Notes: generated by a model from the letters alone, not told the origin. 64,000 nt of DNA from an uncultured Gemmatimonadota bacterium (GCA_964626665.1 CAZVGK010000013.1:15628-79627), one strand, 5' to 3'; counted from the first letter of the stretch, positions 1 to 10,465 are shown. Numbers and translations are program-made.

Positions 1-288
1 TATTGGATAGCAGGTAAGCGATGTATGGGCAGCCAGCACTATCCCATTGGAGCCACATACCCTCCCTACCTCCTCCACTGCTATGGCATAAGAGAGCGTG
101 TCCAGGCCTGCCCCACCATATTTTTGGGGTATGGGGATGCCTAATAGGCCCAACTCTCCCATCCTATGGAAGAGTTCCCAGGAGAATTTAGCCTCTTTGT
201 CCAACTCCTTGGAGATTGGGGCCACTTCATTTTGCGCAAAGTCCCTCACCTTTTCCTGGAATTTCTGGTGTATTTCGCTGAATATCAT
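1..288 (-). CDS. Acyl-CoA dehydrogenase, N-terminal part (runs off the window start)
   Basis: Not in the ORF track. Manual translation from ATG at 288 gives MIFSEIHQKFQEKVRDFAQNEVAPISKELDKEAKFSWELFHRMGELGLLGIPIPQKYGGAGLDTLSYAIAVEEVGRVCGSNGIVLAAHTSLTCYPI, a typical ACAD N-terminus and paralogous to 429..1550. Confidence 0.93.
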   Translation of the reverse strand, partial: MIFSEIHQKFQEKVRDFAQNEVAPISKELDKEAKFSWELFHRMGELGLLGIPIPQKYGGAGLDTLSYAIAVEEVGRVCGSNGIVLAAHTSLTCYPI

Positions 289-304
289 AGGATTGCCTCA
301 GGTT

Positions 305-412
305 GTGCCTCAAACACCGAAAATCACTGAAATGATAAGGAATCCAAAGGACTCCACTTAAAACAAGGGGGCATTTTTAAATTCATAGTTATTTCAGTAG
401 TTTCAGTGTTAT
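305..412 (-). repeat. Small inverted pair of ACTGAAA-type repeat arms with no gene between (empty cassette)
   Basis: Minus strand reads CACTGAAACTACTGAAATAAC ... CATTTCAGTGATTTTCGGTG between two ACAD genes. Confidence 0.45.
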
Positions 413-428
413 CCCACACTATTTTAGT

Positions 429-1550
429 TTATCTCTCCAGCAAAGCCTTTGCTATTTTAACCTTCTGTCTAATTGCAGAACCAAGCCAGATCTGGGCAAA
501 CTTGGCATCCCGAAAATACCTCTCCACGGGATAGTCCTTTGTATAGCCATATCCTCCATGAACCTGAATGGCGTTGGTGCCAGCAAAGACGGCAGCATCT
601 GTGGCCAAGAGTTTGGTCAAAGATGCCTCTGTGGTGCAGCTATTTTGGGCAGCACATTTATTGGCCGTATTATAAACGAACAGCCTGGAGGAAGAGAGCC
701 TTATCTCCATCTCCACAAGCATATTTTGCACAAGCTCGAACTCACATATGGGACGACCAAATTGGTGACGCTCCTTCGCGTAGTGGATGGACTCCTCCAG
801 GGCTGCCTCTCCAATTCCTACCGCCTGGGCCCCTATCCCTATATAGACCAGGTCAAGCGCCCCTTTGCTAATTTGCTGGCCCTCGCCCTCTTTACCCAAG
901 ATGCTCTCCTTGCCGACCTTAACCTCTGCAAGCTCCAAGTCGCCTATCCCGGAGGCTTTCCCCCCTAAGGTATCCTCCCTCTTGGTAACCTTGAGGCCAG
1001 GGCTTCCCCTCTCTATGAGGAAGGCAGTGGGGCCCTGGGGGGTAGAGGCCAGGACGATAAAGAGGCCGGCGGCCTCCGCATTGACGATGAAGTTCTTCCC
1101 TCCCGAGATGATATATTCATCCCCTACCCTCTCCGCCTTGGTGGCCAGCTCTGCGAGATCGGTATCCACCGCCCCTTCAGATAAGGCAAATGCCCCGATA
1201 ATTTGGCCCTTGGCCAGTGGGGCCAACCAGTGGTTCTTTTGAGCCTCTCCCCCATACCGGAGAATAGGGTAAGCAACCAGCGCATTGTTGGCGATGAGGA
1301 TAGTCCCCACTGAGCCACAAACCCTGGAAAGCTCCTCGATAATTAAACAGTAACTCACCGTATCCAGGTTGGCCCCTTCATATTTGTCGGGGACAATTAT
1401 CCCTAAGAAGCCCAGTTCGGAAAGCTTTTCAATCACTTGGTAGGGGAAGGAGGCCCCCTCATCTATCTCCGCGGCTACTGGCTGTAGTTCGGTGGAGGCA
1501 AACTTGTGGACCATCTCCTGGATAAGCCTTTGTTCAGGTGTTAAGTCCAT
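429..1550 (-). CDS. Acyl-CoA dehydrogenase (butyryl/isovaleryl-CoA dehydrogenase-like)
   Basis: 373 aa with ACAD motifs: GAFALSE, GGKNFIVN, RHQFGRPI, AIQVHGGYGY.KDYPVERYFRDAK. Confidence 0.95.
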   Translation of the reverse strand: MDLTPEQRLIQEMVHKFASTELQPVAAEIDEGASFPYQVIEKLSELGFLGIIVPDKYEGANLDTVSYCLIIEELSRVCGSVGTILIANNALVAYPILRYGGEAQKNHWLAPLAKGQIIGAFALSEGAVDTDLAELATKAERVGDEYIISGGKNFIVNAEAAGLFIVLASTPQGPTAFLIERGSPGLKVTKREDTLGGKASGIGDLELAEVKVGKESILGKEGEGQQISKGALDLVYIGIGAQAVGIGEAALEESIHYAKERHQFGRPICEFELVQNMLVEMEIRLSSSRLFVYNTANKCAAQNSCTTEASLTKLLATDAAVFAGTNAIQVHGGYGYTKDYPVERYFRDAKFAQIWLGSAIRQKVKIAKALLER

Positions 1551-1938
1551 TGAAGATCCTATCTTGAAGTGTTTTCTAAGGTCATCGTCAGTTTATTCAC
1601 CTTGCAGGTTTTCCGAGGAAAGGGCCAATGTCGTTAAAACCGGATTATGCATTATGAAACCACAAGGTTTCACCAGATTGTCACAAGCCATAGAAAATAA
1701 CAAACTCACAAAAATTGAGTTTGAACTTCTCTTTCACCTAAAAGGTGAAAACCTATATTAGCGAAAACTCTTGTTTAATCTGTGCTCATCTGTGGTTTAT
1801 GCAATTTTGGTTTAATCCCCCCAGCTTCCTGCGGTGGGAGGGAGCCCCAGAATGATTCCCTCAAACCCCTGAGACAACCCATTTTCTTGACAAATTTTAA
1901 GAACTTCCTCTATGAGCACTTTGAGCATAATTTCACAT

Positions 1939-1967
1939 ATTATAGCTTCTACACAGGGGAGTGTCAA
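1939..1967 (-). promoter_or_regulatory. Consensus sigma70 promoter facing the ACAD genes
   Basis: Minus strand TTGACA-ctcccctgtgtagaagc (17 nt)-TATAAT. Confidence 0.75.
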
Positions 1968-2040
1968 GCTTTTTATGGTTTAGCCAATAACATTTTTTTG
2001 CCTGGGGCCCCCACTCCCCAAACTTTGTTTATATTATGGC

Positions 2041-2068
2041 TTGACTTTTCCAATTTTGCGTATAAAAT
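2041..2068 (+). promoter_or_regulatory. Putative sigma70 promoter for the mutase operon (divergent from the ACAD promoter)
   Basis: TTGACT-16 nt-TAAAAT about 190 nt upstream of the ATG at 2259. Confidence 0.55.
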
Positions 2069-2258
2069 ATAATAGCAGAAAAGGAGGGCTTCTGGAGGTC
2101 GCTGCGCGCCCACGCAGAGGGTGATAAATGAGGTAAGGAGATAGATTTGTTCGCTTCTTTGTTCTTTACCCCTCTCCCCTTATTATTCCTTTGGGGGGAT
2201 GCCTGAACCCTGCCCCCCTTAACCTGGATAAAAAATGTAACCCATTGGTGAGAAGAAG

Positions 2259-3905
2259 ATGAAAGAGATAAAGATTACCAAGGACAAATGGAAGAAAAGT
2301 ATAACTAAAAGTAAGGAAAGGGATTATCGGTTTGAGTCCGTCTCCGGCGAACCAGTGGAAATCTTGTATACTCCTGAAGATATCGAGGGGCTGAATTACC
2401 TAAAGGACCTGGGGTTCCCCGGGGAATTTCCCTTCACCCGGGGCGTCTATCCCAATATGTATCGGGGTAGGCTGTGGACTATGCGCCAATTCTCCGGGTT
2501 CGGCACCCCCGAGGATACAAACAAAAGGTATAAATACCTTCTGAAGCAAGGGCAGACTGGCCTCTCGGTTGCCTTTGATTTTCCAACTTTGTATGGGCGG
2601 GATTCAAATGACCCCTTCTCCTTGGGGGAGGTGGGACGGTGTGGGGTGGCGGTGGATACCTTGCGAGATATGGAGATAATATTCGATGGGATTCCCCTGG
2701 AGAGCATCTCCACCTCGATGACCATAAATCCTCCGGCGGCGATGCTGTTGGCTATGTATATAGCGGTTGGCGAAAAACAGGGGGTTCCCTCTGAGCAATT
2801 GACCGGAACCATCCAGAACGATATGCTCAAGGAGTATCAGGCCCAAAAGACCTGGATATACCCGCCAGAGCCCTCGATGCGCATCATTACGGACATACTT
2901 GGGTATTGCTCAGACCAGGTCCCTAAATGGAACACCATTTCCATCTCCGGCTACCATATAAGGGAGGCTGGGGCCACTGCCCTGCAAGAGCTTGCCTTTA
3001 CCTTAGCAAATGGCTTTACCTATGTCGACTACGGGATAAAAGCTGGTGTCCCAGTGGACAAATTTGCCCCCCGGCTCTCCTTCTTTTTCAATTCACATCT
3101 CGATTTCTTTGAGGAGATAGCCAAATACAGGGCGGCCAGACGCATCTGGGCCAGGGAGATGAGGAATAGGTATGGGGCGAAGGACCCCCGCTCCTGGCTA
3201 ATGAGATTTCACACCCAGACTGCAGGCTGCACTTTGACGGCGCAGCAGCCGGAGAACAACATTGTGCGGGTGGCCTTCCAAGCATTGGCCGCAGTCTTAG
3301 GGGGGACGCAGAGCTTACATACCAATTCGATGGATGAGACCTATGCTTTGCCCGCGGAGAAGGCGGTGAAGATTGCCCTGAGAACTCAGCAACTTCTCGC
3401 CTATGAGACCGGGGTGGCCAACACCATTGATCCACTGGGGGGCTCATATTATGTGGAGACGTTAACCAACAAACTTGAAGAGCAAGCCTACCAATACTTT
3501 GAGAAAATCAAATCCTTTGGTGGAGTGATCCCGGCCATAGAGGCTGGTTTCTTTCAGCGGGAGATAGCTGAATCAGCCTATCGTTATCAGAGGGAGGTAG
3601 AGAAAAGGCAGAAGATTGTGGTGGGGGTAAACGAATTTATAGAAGAGGAGCAACCAAAGATGGAGTTGCTTAAGATTCAACCTGAGGTAGAGAAGCATCA
3701 GGTTGAACGGTTGAATCAAGTGCGGAGGGAGAGAAACAACCAAAGGGTGAAGGAAAGGTTGAGGGAGCTGCGCAGCGCAGCTCATAATGGGGATAATTTA
3801 ATGCCTAAAATACTCAATGCGGTGAGGGTTTATGCCACCCTCGGTGAAATGTGTAATGTCTTGAAGGAGGAATTCGGCGAGTATGAGGAGCCACTCATAT
3901 TTTGA
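2259..3905 (+). CDS. B12-dependent acyl-CoA mutase large subunit (methylmalonyl-CoA mutase family) with isobutyryl-CoA-mutase-type residues
   Basis: MCM N-domain motifs ([38 protein letters not shown]). WTMRQF and KEYQAQ place F and Q at the Tyr89/Arg207 positions. Confidence 0.9.
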   Translation: MKEIKITKDKWKKSITKSKERDYRFESVSGEPVEILYTPEDIEGLNYLKDLGFPGEFPFTRGVYPNMYRGRLWTMRQFSGFGTPEDTNKRYKYLLKQGQTGLSVAFDFPTLYGRDSNDPFSLGEVGRCGVAVDTLRDMEIIFDGIPLESISTSMTINPPAAMLLAMYIAVGEKQGVPSEQLTGTIQNDMLKEYQAQKTWIYPPEPSMRIITDILGYCSDQVPKWNTISISGYHIREAGATALQELAFTLANGFTYVDYGIKAGVPVDKFAPRLSFFFNSHLDFFEEIAKYRAARRIWAREMRNRYGAKDPRSWLMRFHTQTAGCTLTAQQPENNIVRVAFQALAAVLGGTQSLHTNSMDETYALPAEKAVKIALRTQQLLAYETGVANTIDPLGGSYYVETLTNKLEEQAYQYFEKIKSFGGVIPAIEAGFFQREIAESAYRYQREVEKRQKIVVGVNEFIEEEQPKMELLKIQPEVEKHQVERLNQVRRERNNQRVKERLRELRSAAHNGDNLMPKILNAVRVYATLGEMCNVLKEEFGEYEEPLIF

Positions 3906-3922
3906 TAGTTAAGGGGGTGATT

Positions 3923-4318
3923 ATGGCGGGAAAGATAAGGGTTCTGGTAGCCAAACCTGGCCTAGATGGCCATGACAGGGGGGCAAAAGTGGTGGCCGCT
4001 GCCCTGCGGGATGCAGGCATGGAAGTGATCTACACTGGTTTACATCAAACACCCGAACAGATTGTGGAGGCGGCAATCCAGGAGGATGTGGATTTCATTG
4101 GGATATCAATCCTCTCCGGGGCCCATATGACCATATTCCCCAGGATCCTTAAGCTTTTGCAGGACAAGGGGGCAGGTCACATAATCGTCTCCGGCGGTGG
4201 TATAATCCCGCGGGAAGATATGGAGAAGCTGGAAAAAGTTGGCGTCAAGAAGCTCTTTGGCCCGGGGACCCCCACATCTGAGATCGTGGAATGGGCGAGG
4301 GAGGTGATTAAGAAATGA
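3923..4318 (+). CDS. Cobalamin-binding small subunit of acyl-CoA mutase
   Basis: [12 protein letters not shown] (DxHxxG) and SILSGAH. ATG 3923 follows the RBS GGGGGTGA. Confidence 0.95.
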   Translation: MAGKIRVLVAKPGLDGHDRGAKVVAAALRDAGMEVIYTGLHQTPEQIVEAAIQEDVDFIGISILSGAHMTIFPRILKLLQDKGAGHIIVSGGGIIPREDMEKLEKVGVKKLFGPGTPTSEIVEWAREVIKK

Positions 4319-5145
4319 AGTTAGGAGATTTTGCCATTTTCCTCCTCTCCGATGGGACTTTCTGGCTGGACGGGGGAGCTATGTTTGGGGTAGTCCCCAA
4401 GGCCATCTGGAACAGGCTCAATCCCGCGGATGAGGCCAATCGGATCGAATTGGGGCTTAACTGCCTATTGATTCAGACCCCTGACAAGAATGTCCTTGTA
4501 GATACGGGGATAGGCAACAAATACGACGAAAAGTTTAAAGAGAGGTTCAATGTCCAGAGAGCAGAGGGTTTGATTGGGGCCTTGAGGGGGGTAGGGTTAA
4601 CTCCGGAGGATATAGATCTGGTGATCAATACTCACCTTCATTTTGACCATGCCGGAGGCAATACCTGCCTCGCCGGAGGTAAGTCAGTTCCCACATTTCC
4701 CCAGGCAAAGTATGTAATTCAACGGGGCGAATGGGAGGAGGCGATCAATCCAAATGAGCGCACCCATGCCAGTTATTTAAAGGAGAATTTAGTCCCTATC
4801 CAGGAGGCGGGATTGCTTGAGTTGATCGAGGGGGATAGGGAGCTTCTCCCGGGGGTGAGGACAATAGTTACGGGGGGCCATACAAGGGATCACCAAATGG
4901 TATTGCTGGAGTCGCGGGGCAAGAAGGCCCTTTATCTGGGCGACTTGATCCCCACAACCTCACATATCAGAACCCCCTATGTGATGGGCTACGATCTGTA
5001 TCCACTCGATACAATGAAGGAGAAGGGAAAGGTATTAAATGAAGCTCTTAGCGGCCACTGGCTACTCATCTTTGAACATGACCCTAAGGTTGGTATGGGT
5101 TACCTGAGCCAGGAGGAAAGTAAGCTGAAATTAAACCCTATTTAG
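4315..5145 (+). CDS. MBL-fold metallo-hydrolase (YtnP-like)
   Basis: [10 protein letters not shown] motif, [13 protein letters not shown]-terminus, GHT and GDL motifs. Confidence 0.9.
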   Translation: MKLGDFAIFLLSDGTFWLDGGAMFGVVPKAIWNRLNPADEANRIELGLNCLLIQTPDKNVLVDTGIGNKYDEKFKERFNVQRAEGLIGALRGVGLTPEDIDLVINTHLHFDHAGGNTCLAGGKSVPTFPQAKYVIQRGEWEEAINPNERTHASYLKENLVPIQEAGLLELIEGDRELLPGVRTIVTGGHTRDHQMVLLESRGKKALYLGDLIPTTSHIRTPYVMGYDLYPLDTMKEKGKVLNEALSGHWLLIFEHDPKVGMGYLSQEESKLKLNPI

Positions 5146-5168
5146 GAGGCTTAACCTTAGATGTTCAT

Positions 5169-5277
5169 ACCGCGGCAAAGTCGCAAAGGGCGCAGAGTTT
5201 AAAGATTATTAACTAATTATTTTATTTCATCTCTCTTTTGCTTTTTATTTTCTCTGCGAACTTAGCGTCTTTGTGGT
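5169..5277. repeat. Imperfect inverted-repeat element (CAAAG.CGC.AAG..CGCAGAG arms) around an AT-rich core
   Basis: Left arm accgcggcaaagtcgcaaagggcgcagag, right arm ctctgcgaacttagcgtctttgtggt. A similar left arm occurs at 6189-6217. Confidence 0.65.
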
Positions 5278-5358
5278 TGCTACGAAAAACTTTGTCAAAA
5301 AACCAACACCCTACAAGATTGTAGTACAGGAGGAATTAGCTCTGTTAGAGGTGTAACT

Positions 5359-5634
5359 ATGAAGGAAAAGGCTACAGCAAAGAGCGGAGTGGCTTCAGTG
5401 CCGGGATTTGACCGGATAACCTTTGACCCCAATGTGATGGGGGGCCGTGCTTGCATTCGGGGCATGCGGGTGACCGTTTCTTTGATTTTGAATCTGGTCG
5501 CTAATGGAATGACCGTAAAAGAAATCATCGAAGCTTATCCCTACCTGGAGCCGGAAGATGTTTACCAGGCCTTACGGTATGCGGCTTGGTTGGCCGAGGA
5601 GGCACTCTACGCTCTGGAGCCAGCCACAGCATGA
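5359..5634 (+). CDS. DUF433 family antitoxin
   Basis: RITFDPNVMGGRACIRGMRVTVSLIL...EIIEAYPYLEPEDVYQALRYAA is the DUF433 signature. Confidence 0.92.
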   Translation: MKEKATAKSGVASVPGFDRITFDPNVMGGRACIRGMRVTVSLILNLVANGMTVKEIIEAYPYLEPEDVYQALRYAAWLAEEALYALEPATA

Positions 5635-6020
5635 GGTTTCTGGCTGATATGGGGATCTCTCCAAAAACGGTGGCTTTTCTTCGGGAACTTGGGCATGAGG
5701 CAGTGCATCTTTACGAAGGAGGACTTTACCGCTTAGAGGATCCGGCGATTCTAACAAAAGCACGGGAAGAAAGGTGTATTCTCCTGACCCATGACCTGGA
5801 CTTCGGGGAGTTGATAGCAGCCAGTGGAGCCCAATTGCCCAGTGTTGTTGTTTTTCGCCTACGCAACATGCGTCCTCAGATGGTCAACCGTTACTTAAAA
5901 AGCATTATTGAGCAGTATGGGGAATCCCTTGAGAAAGGCGTGATCGTAAGTGTGACCGAGGGACGAATTCGGGTTCGTCTTCTCCCTTTGCGGGCAAGCG
6001 AACAAGGCCTTGGATCATAG
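5631..6020 (+). CDS. DUF5615 PIN-like toxin
   Basis: MRFLADMGIS...D..IL..AREE.CILLTHDLDFG. ATGA overlap with the DUF433 stop codon. Confidence 0.9.
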   Translation: MRFLADMGISPKTVAFLRELGHEAVHLYEGGLYRLEDPAILTKAREERCILLTHDLDFGELIAASGAQLPSVVVFRLRNMRPQMVNRYLKSIIEQYGESLEKGVIVSVTEGRIRVRLLPLRASEQGLGS

Positions 6021-6179
6021 CCATTGTCACCAAGCCGCCAAACCTTGCTGCCACCTACCCATCTCCGCTAGCACTGCGGTGGACGGTTGAACATAGCTGA
6101 TGTCCCTCTAACGGGGCAGGAAATTCGTTAACAGAAGACATCTGTAATACCCTTTTGCAAGATCTTGTTTTTTGGACGA

Positions 6180-6720
6180 ACTTTTTTAACCGCAAAGCTC
6201 GCAAAGTAGGTGCAGAGAAGGCAATGGCTCCGCAGTGACTATTCAGCTATCCGCTTTGTGGCTTTTCCCATTTTCTCATTTTCCTAATTTCCATTTTCGC
6301 CTCTTGGCTTTCGGCTTTTCAGTGAAATCTGTCTTAATTCTTAATTCTCAATTGCCTTTTTCCGTGAGATTCCGTGGTAATTTCACCACGGATAACCACG
6401 GACTATGCACAGAAAAAAGGGGATTACGAATAACCACTACAAATCTAAAAGTGAAAAGCTATATTTTGAAAAATTTTTCTTTAACCTGCGAAGATCTGTG
6501 TTCGCCCCGTTAAAATAGACATCATCGCATTCCCAAGCTCGCCTTTATTTAACGGGGTTCATCTGCAGTTTATGCAATTTTATTCTTATTTTTCCCCCGT
6601 GTTATTCCGTGAATTTCCGTGGTATATTGTCTTTTGGTTTTCGGCTCTCCTCTTTTCACTGTAATCCGTGGCTATTGTTTGGTTGCGGCTTTGGCGCGCC
6701 GTGAACAATTCGGGTAAGCC
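6180..6720. repeat. Intergenic patch of nested, degenerate repeats
   Basis: Multiple TTCCGTG / CCACGGA / ATCTGTG / ATTTTC units, a CCCCGTTAAA..TTTAACGGGG mini-element at 6501-6560 and a GAACAATTCGGGT end at about 6703. Confidence 0.6.
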
Positions 6721-6761
6721 AGCTTTTTGATTTTAAAGGGCAATTTTATTAGGTGAGGATA

Positions 6762-8306
6762 ATGGAAGATAAGCTTAAAGAACTGGATAATCTGAAGAGG
6801 CAGGCCCTCTTAGGGGGGGGCAAACAAAGGTTAGAGAAGCAGCATGCCAGTGGGAAACTGAGTGCCCGGGAGAGGATAGATTTACTGTTAGACAAGGGGA
6901 GTTTCCACGAGACGGATATGTTTGTTACCCACCGTTGCACCGATTTTGATATGGACAAGAAGAAGGTGTTGGGGGATGGGGTGGTCACCGGATATGGAAG
7001 GATTAACGGCAGGCCGGTCTGCGTCTTCTCTGAGGATTTCACCGTTTTTGGGGGCTCACTCTCCAAAGCTTATGCGGAGAAGGTATGTAAGCTACAGGAT
7101 ATGGCGATGAAACAGGGGTGTCCCATCATCGGCATAAAGGATTCTGGTGGGGCCAGAATTCAGGAGGGCGTCGATTCGCTTGCCGGCTACACGGATGTTT
7201 TCCTGCGTAATGTGCTCTCCTCCGGGGTTGTCCCGCAGATCTCTGCCATAATGGGGCCCTGTGCCGGTGGCGCGGTTTATTCCCCGGCAATGACTGACTT
7301 TGTCTTTATGGTGAAGGAAACCTCCTATATGTTTTTGACCGGGCCAGATGTTGTCAAGGCGGCTACCCACGAGGATATAACACTCCAAGAACTTGGCGGA
7401 GCTACGGTGCATAATGAAAAGTCCGGGGTGGCGCACTTTGCTGTGGATTCCGAAGTGGAATGTTTGGAGCAGATCAAGGAGCTCTTAAATTACATCCCGC
7501 AAAACAACCTTGAGGACCCGCCAATGATCGAAAGCACGGATGACCCTCAGCGCCGCGATCCCCAACTTGACTCCATAGTGCCGGCCAGCCCAATTCAGCC
7601 CTATGATATGCTGGAAGTGATTAAGAGGGTGGTTGATGATGGGAAGTTCCTGGAGGTGCACGCCCATTTTGCCCGGAACCTAATTGTGGGATTTGCCCGG
7701 TTGGGGGGGAAGTCAGTGGGTATAGTGGCCGACCAGCCGGCAGTGCTGGCCGGTGTGCTGGATATCAACTCGGCGACAAAAGGGGCCAGGTTCGTGCGGT
7801 TCTGTGACTCCTTTAACATCCCAATCATCACCTTTGTCGATGTTCCCGGTTTCCTTCCGGGAACGGCTCAGGAATGGGGAGGGGTAATCAGGAATGGCGC
7901 CAAGTTGCTCTATGCCTTCTGCGAAGCCACCGTCCCCCGGATAACGGTGATCACCAGGAAGGCCTATGGCGGTGCCTATTGTGTGATGAGCTCCAAGCAT
8001 ACCCGGGCAGATGTTAACTTCGCCTGGCCCTCAGGGGAGATTGCCGTTATGGGCCCTGATGGAGCCGTCAACATACTCTACAGGAAACAGCTTAAGGAGG
8101 CAAAAGATCCACAGGCTCTAAAGGCAAAGTTGGTGAGGGAATATACGGAGAAGTTTGCCAACCCTTACATCACGGCCAGCAAGGGCTACATCGACGATAT
8201 CATCCCTCCCCGGGATACGAGACCTCGGCTAATTGAGGCCCTGGAGTTCATCGGGGAGAAACGGGACACCAATCCCCCCAAAAAACACGGGAACATCCCC
8301 CTCTAA
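6762..8306 (+). CDS. Acyl-CoA carboxylase carboxyltransferase (propionyl-CoA carboxylase beta / methylmalonyl-CoA decarboxylase alpha type)
   Basis: [64 protein letters not shown]. Confidence 0.95.
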   Translation: MEDKLKELDNLKRQALLGGGKQRLEKQHASGKLSARERIDLLLDKGSFHETDMFVTHRCTDFDMDKKKVLGDGVVTGYGRINGRPVCVFSEDFTVFGGSLSKAYAEKVCKLQDMAMKQGCPIIGIKDSGGARIQEGVDSLAGYTDVFLRNVLSSGVVPQISAIMGPCAGGAVYSPAMTDFVFMVKETSYMFLTGPDVVKAATHEDITLQELGGATVHNEKSGVAHFAVDSEVECLEQIKELLNYIPQNNLEDPPMIESTDDPQRRDPQLDSIVPASPIQPYDMLEVIKRVVDDGKFLEVHAHFARNLIVGFARLGGKSVGIVADQPAVLAGVLDINSATKGARFVRFCDSFNIPIITFVDVPGFLPGTAQEWGGVIRNGAKLLYAFCEATVPRITVITRKAYGGAYCVMSSKHTRADVNFAWPSGEIAVMGPDGAVNILYRKQLKEAKDPQALKAKLVREYTEKFANPYITASKGYIDDIIPPRDTRPRLIEALEFIGEKRDTNPPKKHGNIPL

Positions 8307-8366
8307 GATTGAGGATTTCTTTTATCTTTTTTTCCCCAACGGCTCATACCCTAATGAAGAGCCAAT

Positions 8367-8424
8367 GTAGGGACAAACCTTCAGGTCTGTCCGTTCTCGG
8401 ACAGGGCTGAAGCCCTCTCCCTAC
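8367..8424. repeat. GTAG-type REP doublet
   Basis: GTAGGGACAAACCTTCAGGTCTGTCC-gttctc-GGACAGGGCTGAAGCCCTCTCCCTAC. A related arm occurs at 18918-18943. Confidence 0.7.
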
Positions 8425-8429
8425 GGTTT

Positions 8430-8721
8430 TTCTACCCCCGCAAAAGCGGGGGGTAACCACTTTGGGGCTTTAGCCCCCTTGGAGTGCTGTGACTCCTGTC
8501 ACAGCCCACGTCAACAGAAGTTACCACACTCCATAATAACCTGCACTAAAGTGTTGTAGAGCCCTTGTGCCGTCAGGAGGTAACTCCTGACAGCACATTC
8601 TTGATCGGCATCAGGAGATGCTTCCCGCAACTTCTACCCCCGCAAAAGCGAGGGGTAACCTCTTTGGGGCTTTAGCCCCATAGGGGCCTAAAGGCTCCGA
8701 ACCCGCACTAAAGTGCGGTAG
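8430..8721. repeat. Cluster of palindromes with a 48-bp direct repeat
   Basis: 8430-8477 and 8632-8679 differ at 2 positions. GCACTAAAGTG palindromes at 8540 and 8703 (also 51039). GTCAGGAG/CTCCTGAC hairpin at about 8572. Confidence 0.75.
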
Positions 8722-8850
8722 AAGTTGACTACTCCAGCGTCCATGGATGGGGCAAAGGCCCTTTCCCTCCAGGAGAGCATCTGCGGTGGTTTGTTAGAGG
8801 TTTAACTCCCTATCATTGGATAGGCTTTTTAGGAATCAGGGAATAAAATC

Positions 8851-8879
8851 TTGACTTTTTAACAGGAGAATTATATTTT
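8851..8879 (+). promoter_or_regulatory. Putative sigma70 promoter
   Basis: TTGACT-17 nt-TATTTT upstream of the biotin carboxylase gene. Confidence 0.4.
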
Positions 8880-8965
8880 GTGCCCAGGAGCGTGGCCCGG
8901 GAATTCTTTTTGTTGGGAGGGGGTTGTCTAAGATCCCCTGGTGAATGCTCAACATATTAGAGGAG

Positions 8966-10465
8966 ATGTTTAAGAAAGTTCTTGTTGCCAATCGAGGTGA
9001 GATCGCTGTGCGAGTGCTCAGGGCCTGTAAGGAGCTGGGCATTACAACTGTTACGGTCTATTCGGATGCGGATAGAAATGCCCTGCACACCAGATACGCA
9101 GATGAAGCATATAAGATCGGCCCTCCGCCAGCGACTGAGAGCTACCTGCGCATCGATAAGATCATCGAGGTGGCCAAGAGATCTGGGGCTGAAGCCATAC
9201 ATCCTGGATATGGGTTCTTGGCTGAGAATACCCACTTCGCTGAGGCCTGCGAGTCTGAGGGGATAGTATTTGTCGGGCCGAGTTCAAAGGCCATAAGGCT
9301 GCTGGGGGATAAGATTGAGGCACGGCGGACAATGGAGGCGGCCCAAATACCGGTAATCCCAGGCAGTGATAAGGAGCTTTCCAGTGAAGCTCAGGCGGTG
9401 CAGGTAGCAGCCCAGATAGGTTTCCCTCTGCTCATAAAGGCTGCTGGTGGGGGTGGAGGCAAAGGGATGAGAATAGTGAGGGAAAGGGGGGAACTAGCCA
9501 GGTCAATAAAGCAGGCAACTTCTGAAGCTGGGTCAGCCTTTGGTAATCCAACTGTTTATATTGAAAAATATCTCGCATCTCCCCGGCACATAGAATTTCA
9601 GATACTCGCTGATAATTATGGGAATGCAATTCATCTTGGTGAACGGGAATGCTCTATCCAGCGCAGATACCAAAAGTTAGTGGAGGAGTCCCCTTCCCCC
9701 GTTATGACCGCAGAGCTTAGGGAAAAGATGGGTAATATCGCGCTCCGCGCGGTAAATGCTTCCGGGTATACAAATGCCGGAACGGTTGAGTTTATGGTGG
9801 ACCCGCAAAGGAGATTCTATTTCTTAGAGATGAACACCAGGCTCCAGGTGGAGCACCCAGTCACCGAGCTGGTTACCGGGATAGACATCGTCAAGGAACA
9901 ACTGAAGATTAGCTCTGGCCAGCCCCTCTCCCTCCGCCAGGAGGATGTGAGGTTGTGGGGGGCAGCCATAGAATGTCGGATAGCGGCTGAAGACCCGGCA
10001 AACAACTTTATGCCCTCAACTGGCAGGATAACTGAGCTCACCGAGCCCGGTGGCTTAGGGGTCAGGGTGGATAGTGGCGTCTTTGCTGGATTTGAGGTCC
10101 CCGTCTATTATGACCCATTAATCGCCAAACTTCTTGTCTGGGCTCCCAGCCGGGGTGAGGCCATATCAAGGATGAGTAGGGCGCTCTCCGAATACAAGAT
10201 AAGGGGGATTAAAACAGGTATACCGTTCCACCAAAAGGTGATGCGTAATCCCTATTTTATCAAGGGGGAATATAATACCACCTTTGTAAAGAAGCTTTTG
10301 GGGGCCACTAAGGAGGAGAGGGGAAACCAAAGGATTGCCGCCATAGCTGCGGTAATCGCCAATGCATTGGGAAACAAGGGCAACCTTCCCCCCCAACAAA
10401 TGGCTAACTTCAGCTATAGTCTATGGAAACTTGCCGCCCGCCAGGCAGGGTTGAGGAGAATGTAG
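8966..10465 (+). CDS. accC: Biotin carboxylase subunit
   Basis: KKVLVANRGEIA, IHPGYGFLAEN, GGGGKGMR, ERECSIQRR, EMNTRLQVEHPVTE. ATG 8966 follows AGAGGAG. Confidence 0.93.
   Translation: MFKKVLVANRGEIAVRVLRACKELGITTVTVYSDADRNALHTRYADEAYKIGPPPATESYLRIDKIIEVAKRSGAEAIHPGYGFLAENTHFAEACESEGIVFVGPSSKAIRLLGDKIEARRTMEAAQIPVIPGSDKELSSEAQAVQVAAQIGFPLLIKAAGGGGGKGMRIVRERGELARSIKQATSEAGSAFGNPTVYIEKYLASPRHIEFQILADNYGNAIHLGERECSIQRRYQKLVEESPSPVMTAELREKMGNIALRAVNASGYTNAGTVEFMVDPQRRFYFLEMNTRLQVEHPVTELVTGIDIVKEQLKISSGQPLSLRQEDVRLWGAAIECRIAAEDPANNFMPSTGRITELTEPGGLGVRVDSGVFAGFEVPVYYDPLIAKLLVWAPSRGEAISRMSRALSEYKIRGIKTGIPFHQKVMRNPYFIKGEYNTTFVKKLLGATKEERGNQRIAAIAAVIANALGNKGNLPPQQMANFSYSLWKLAARQAGLRRM

Noticed and set aside
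2075-2258. Cobalamin riboswitch upstream of the B12 mutase
   Set aside because: The leader is purine/pyrimidine-structured, but I could not find the conserved GGGAA, GCCCCCGC/ACTGT or B12-box elements. An Rfam scan would settle it.
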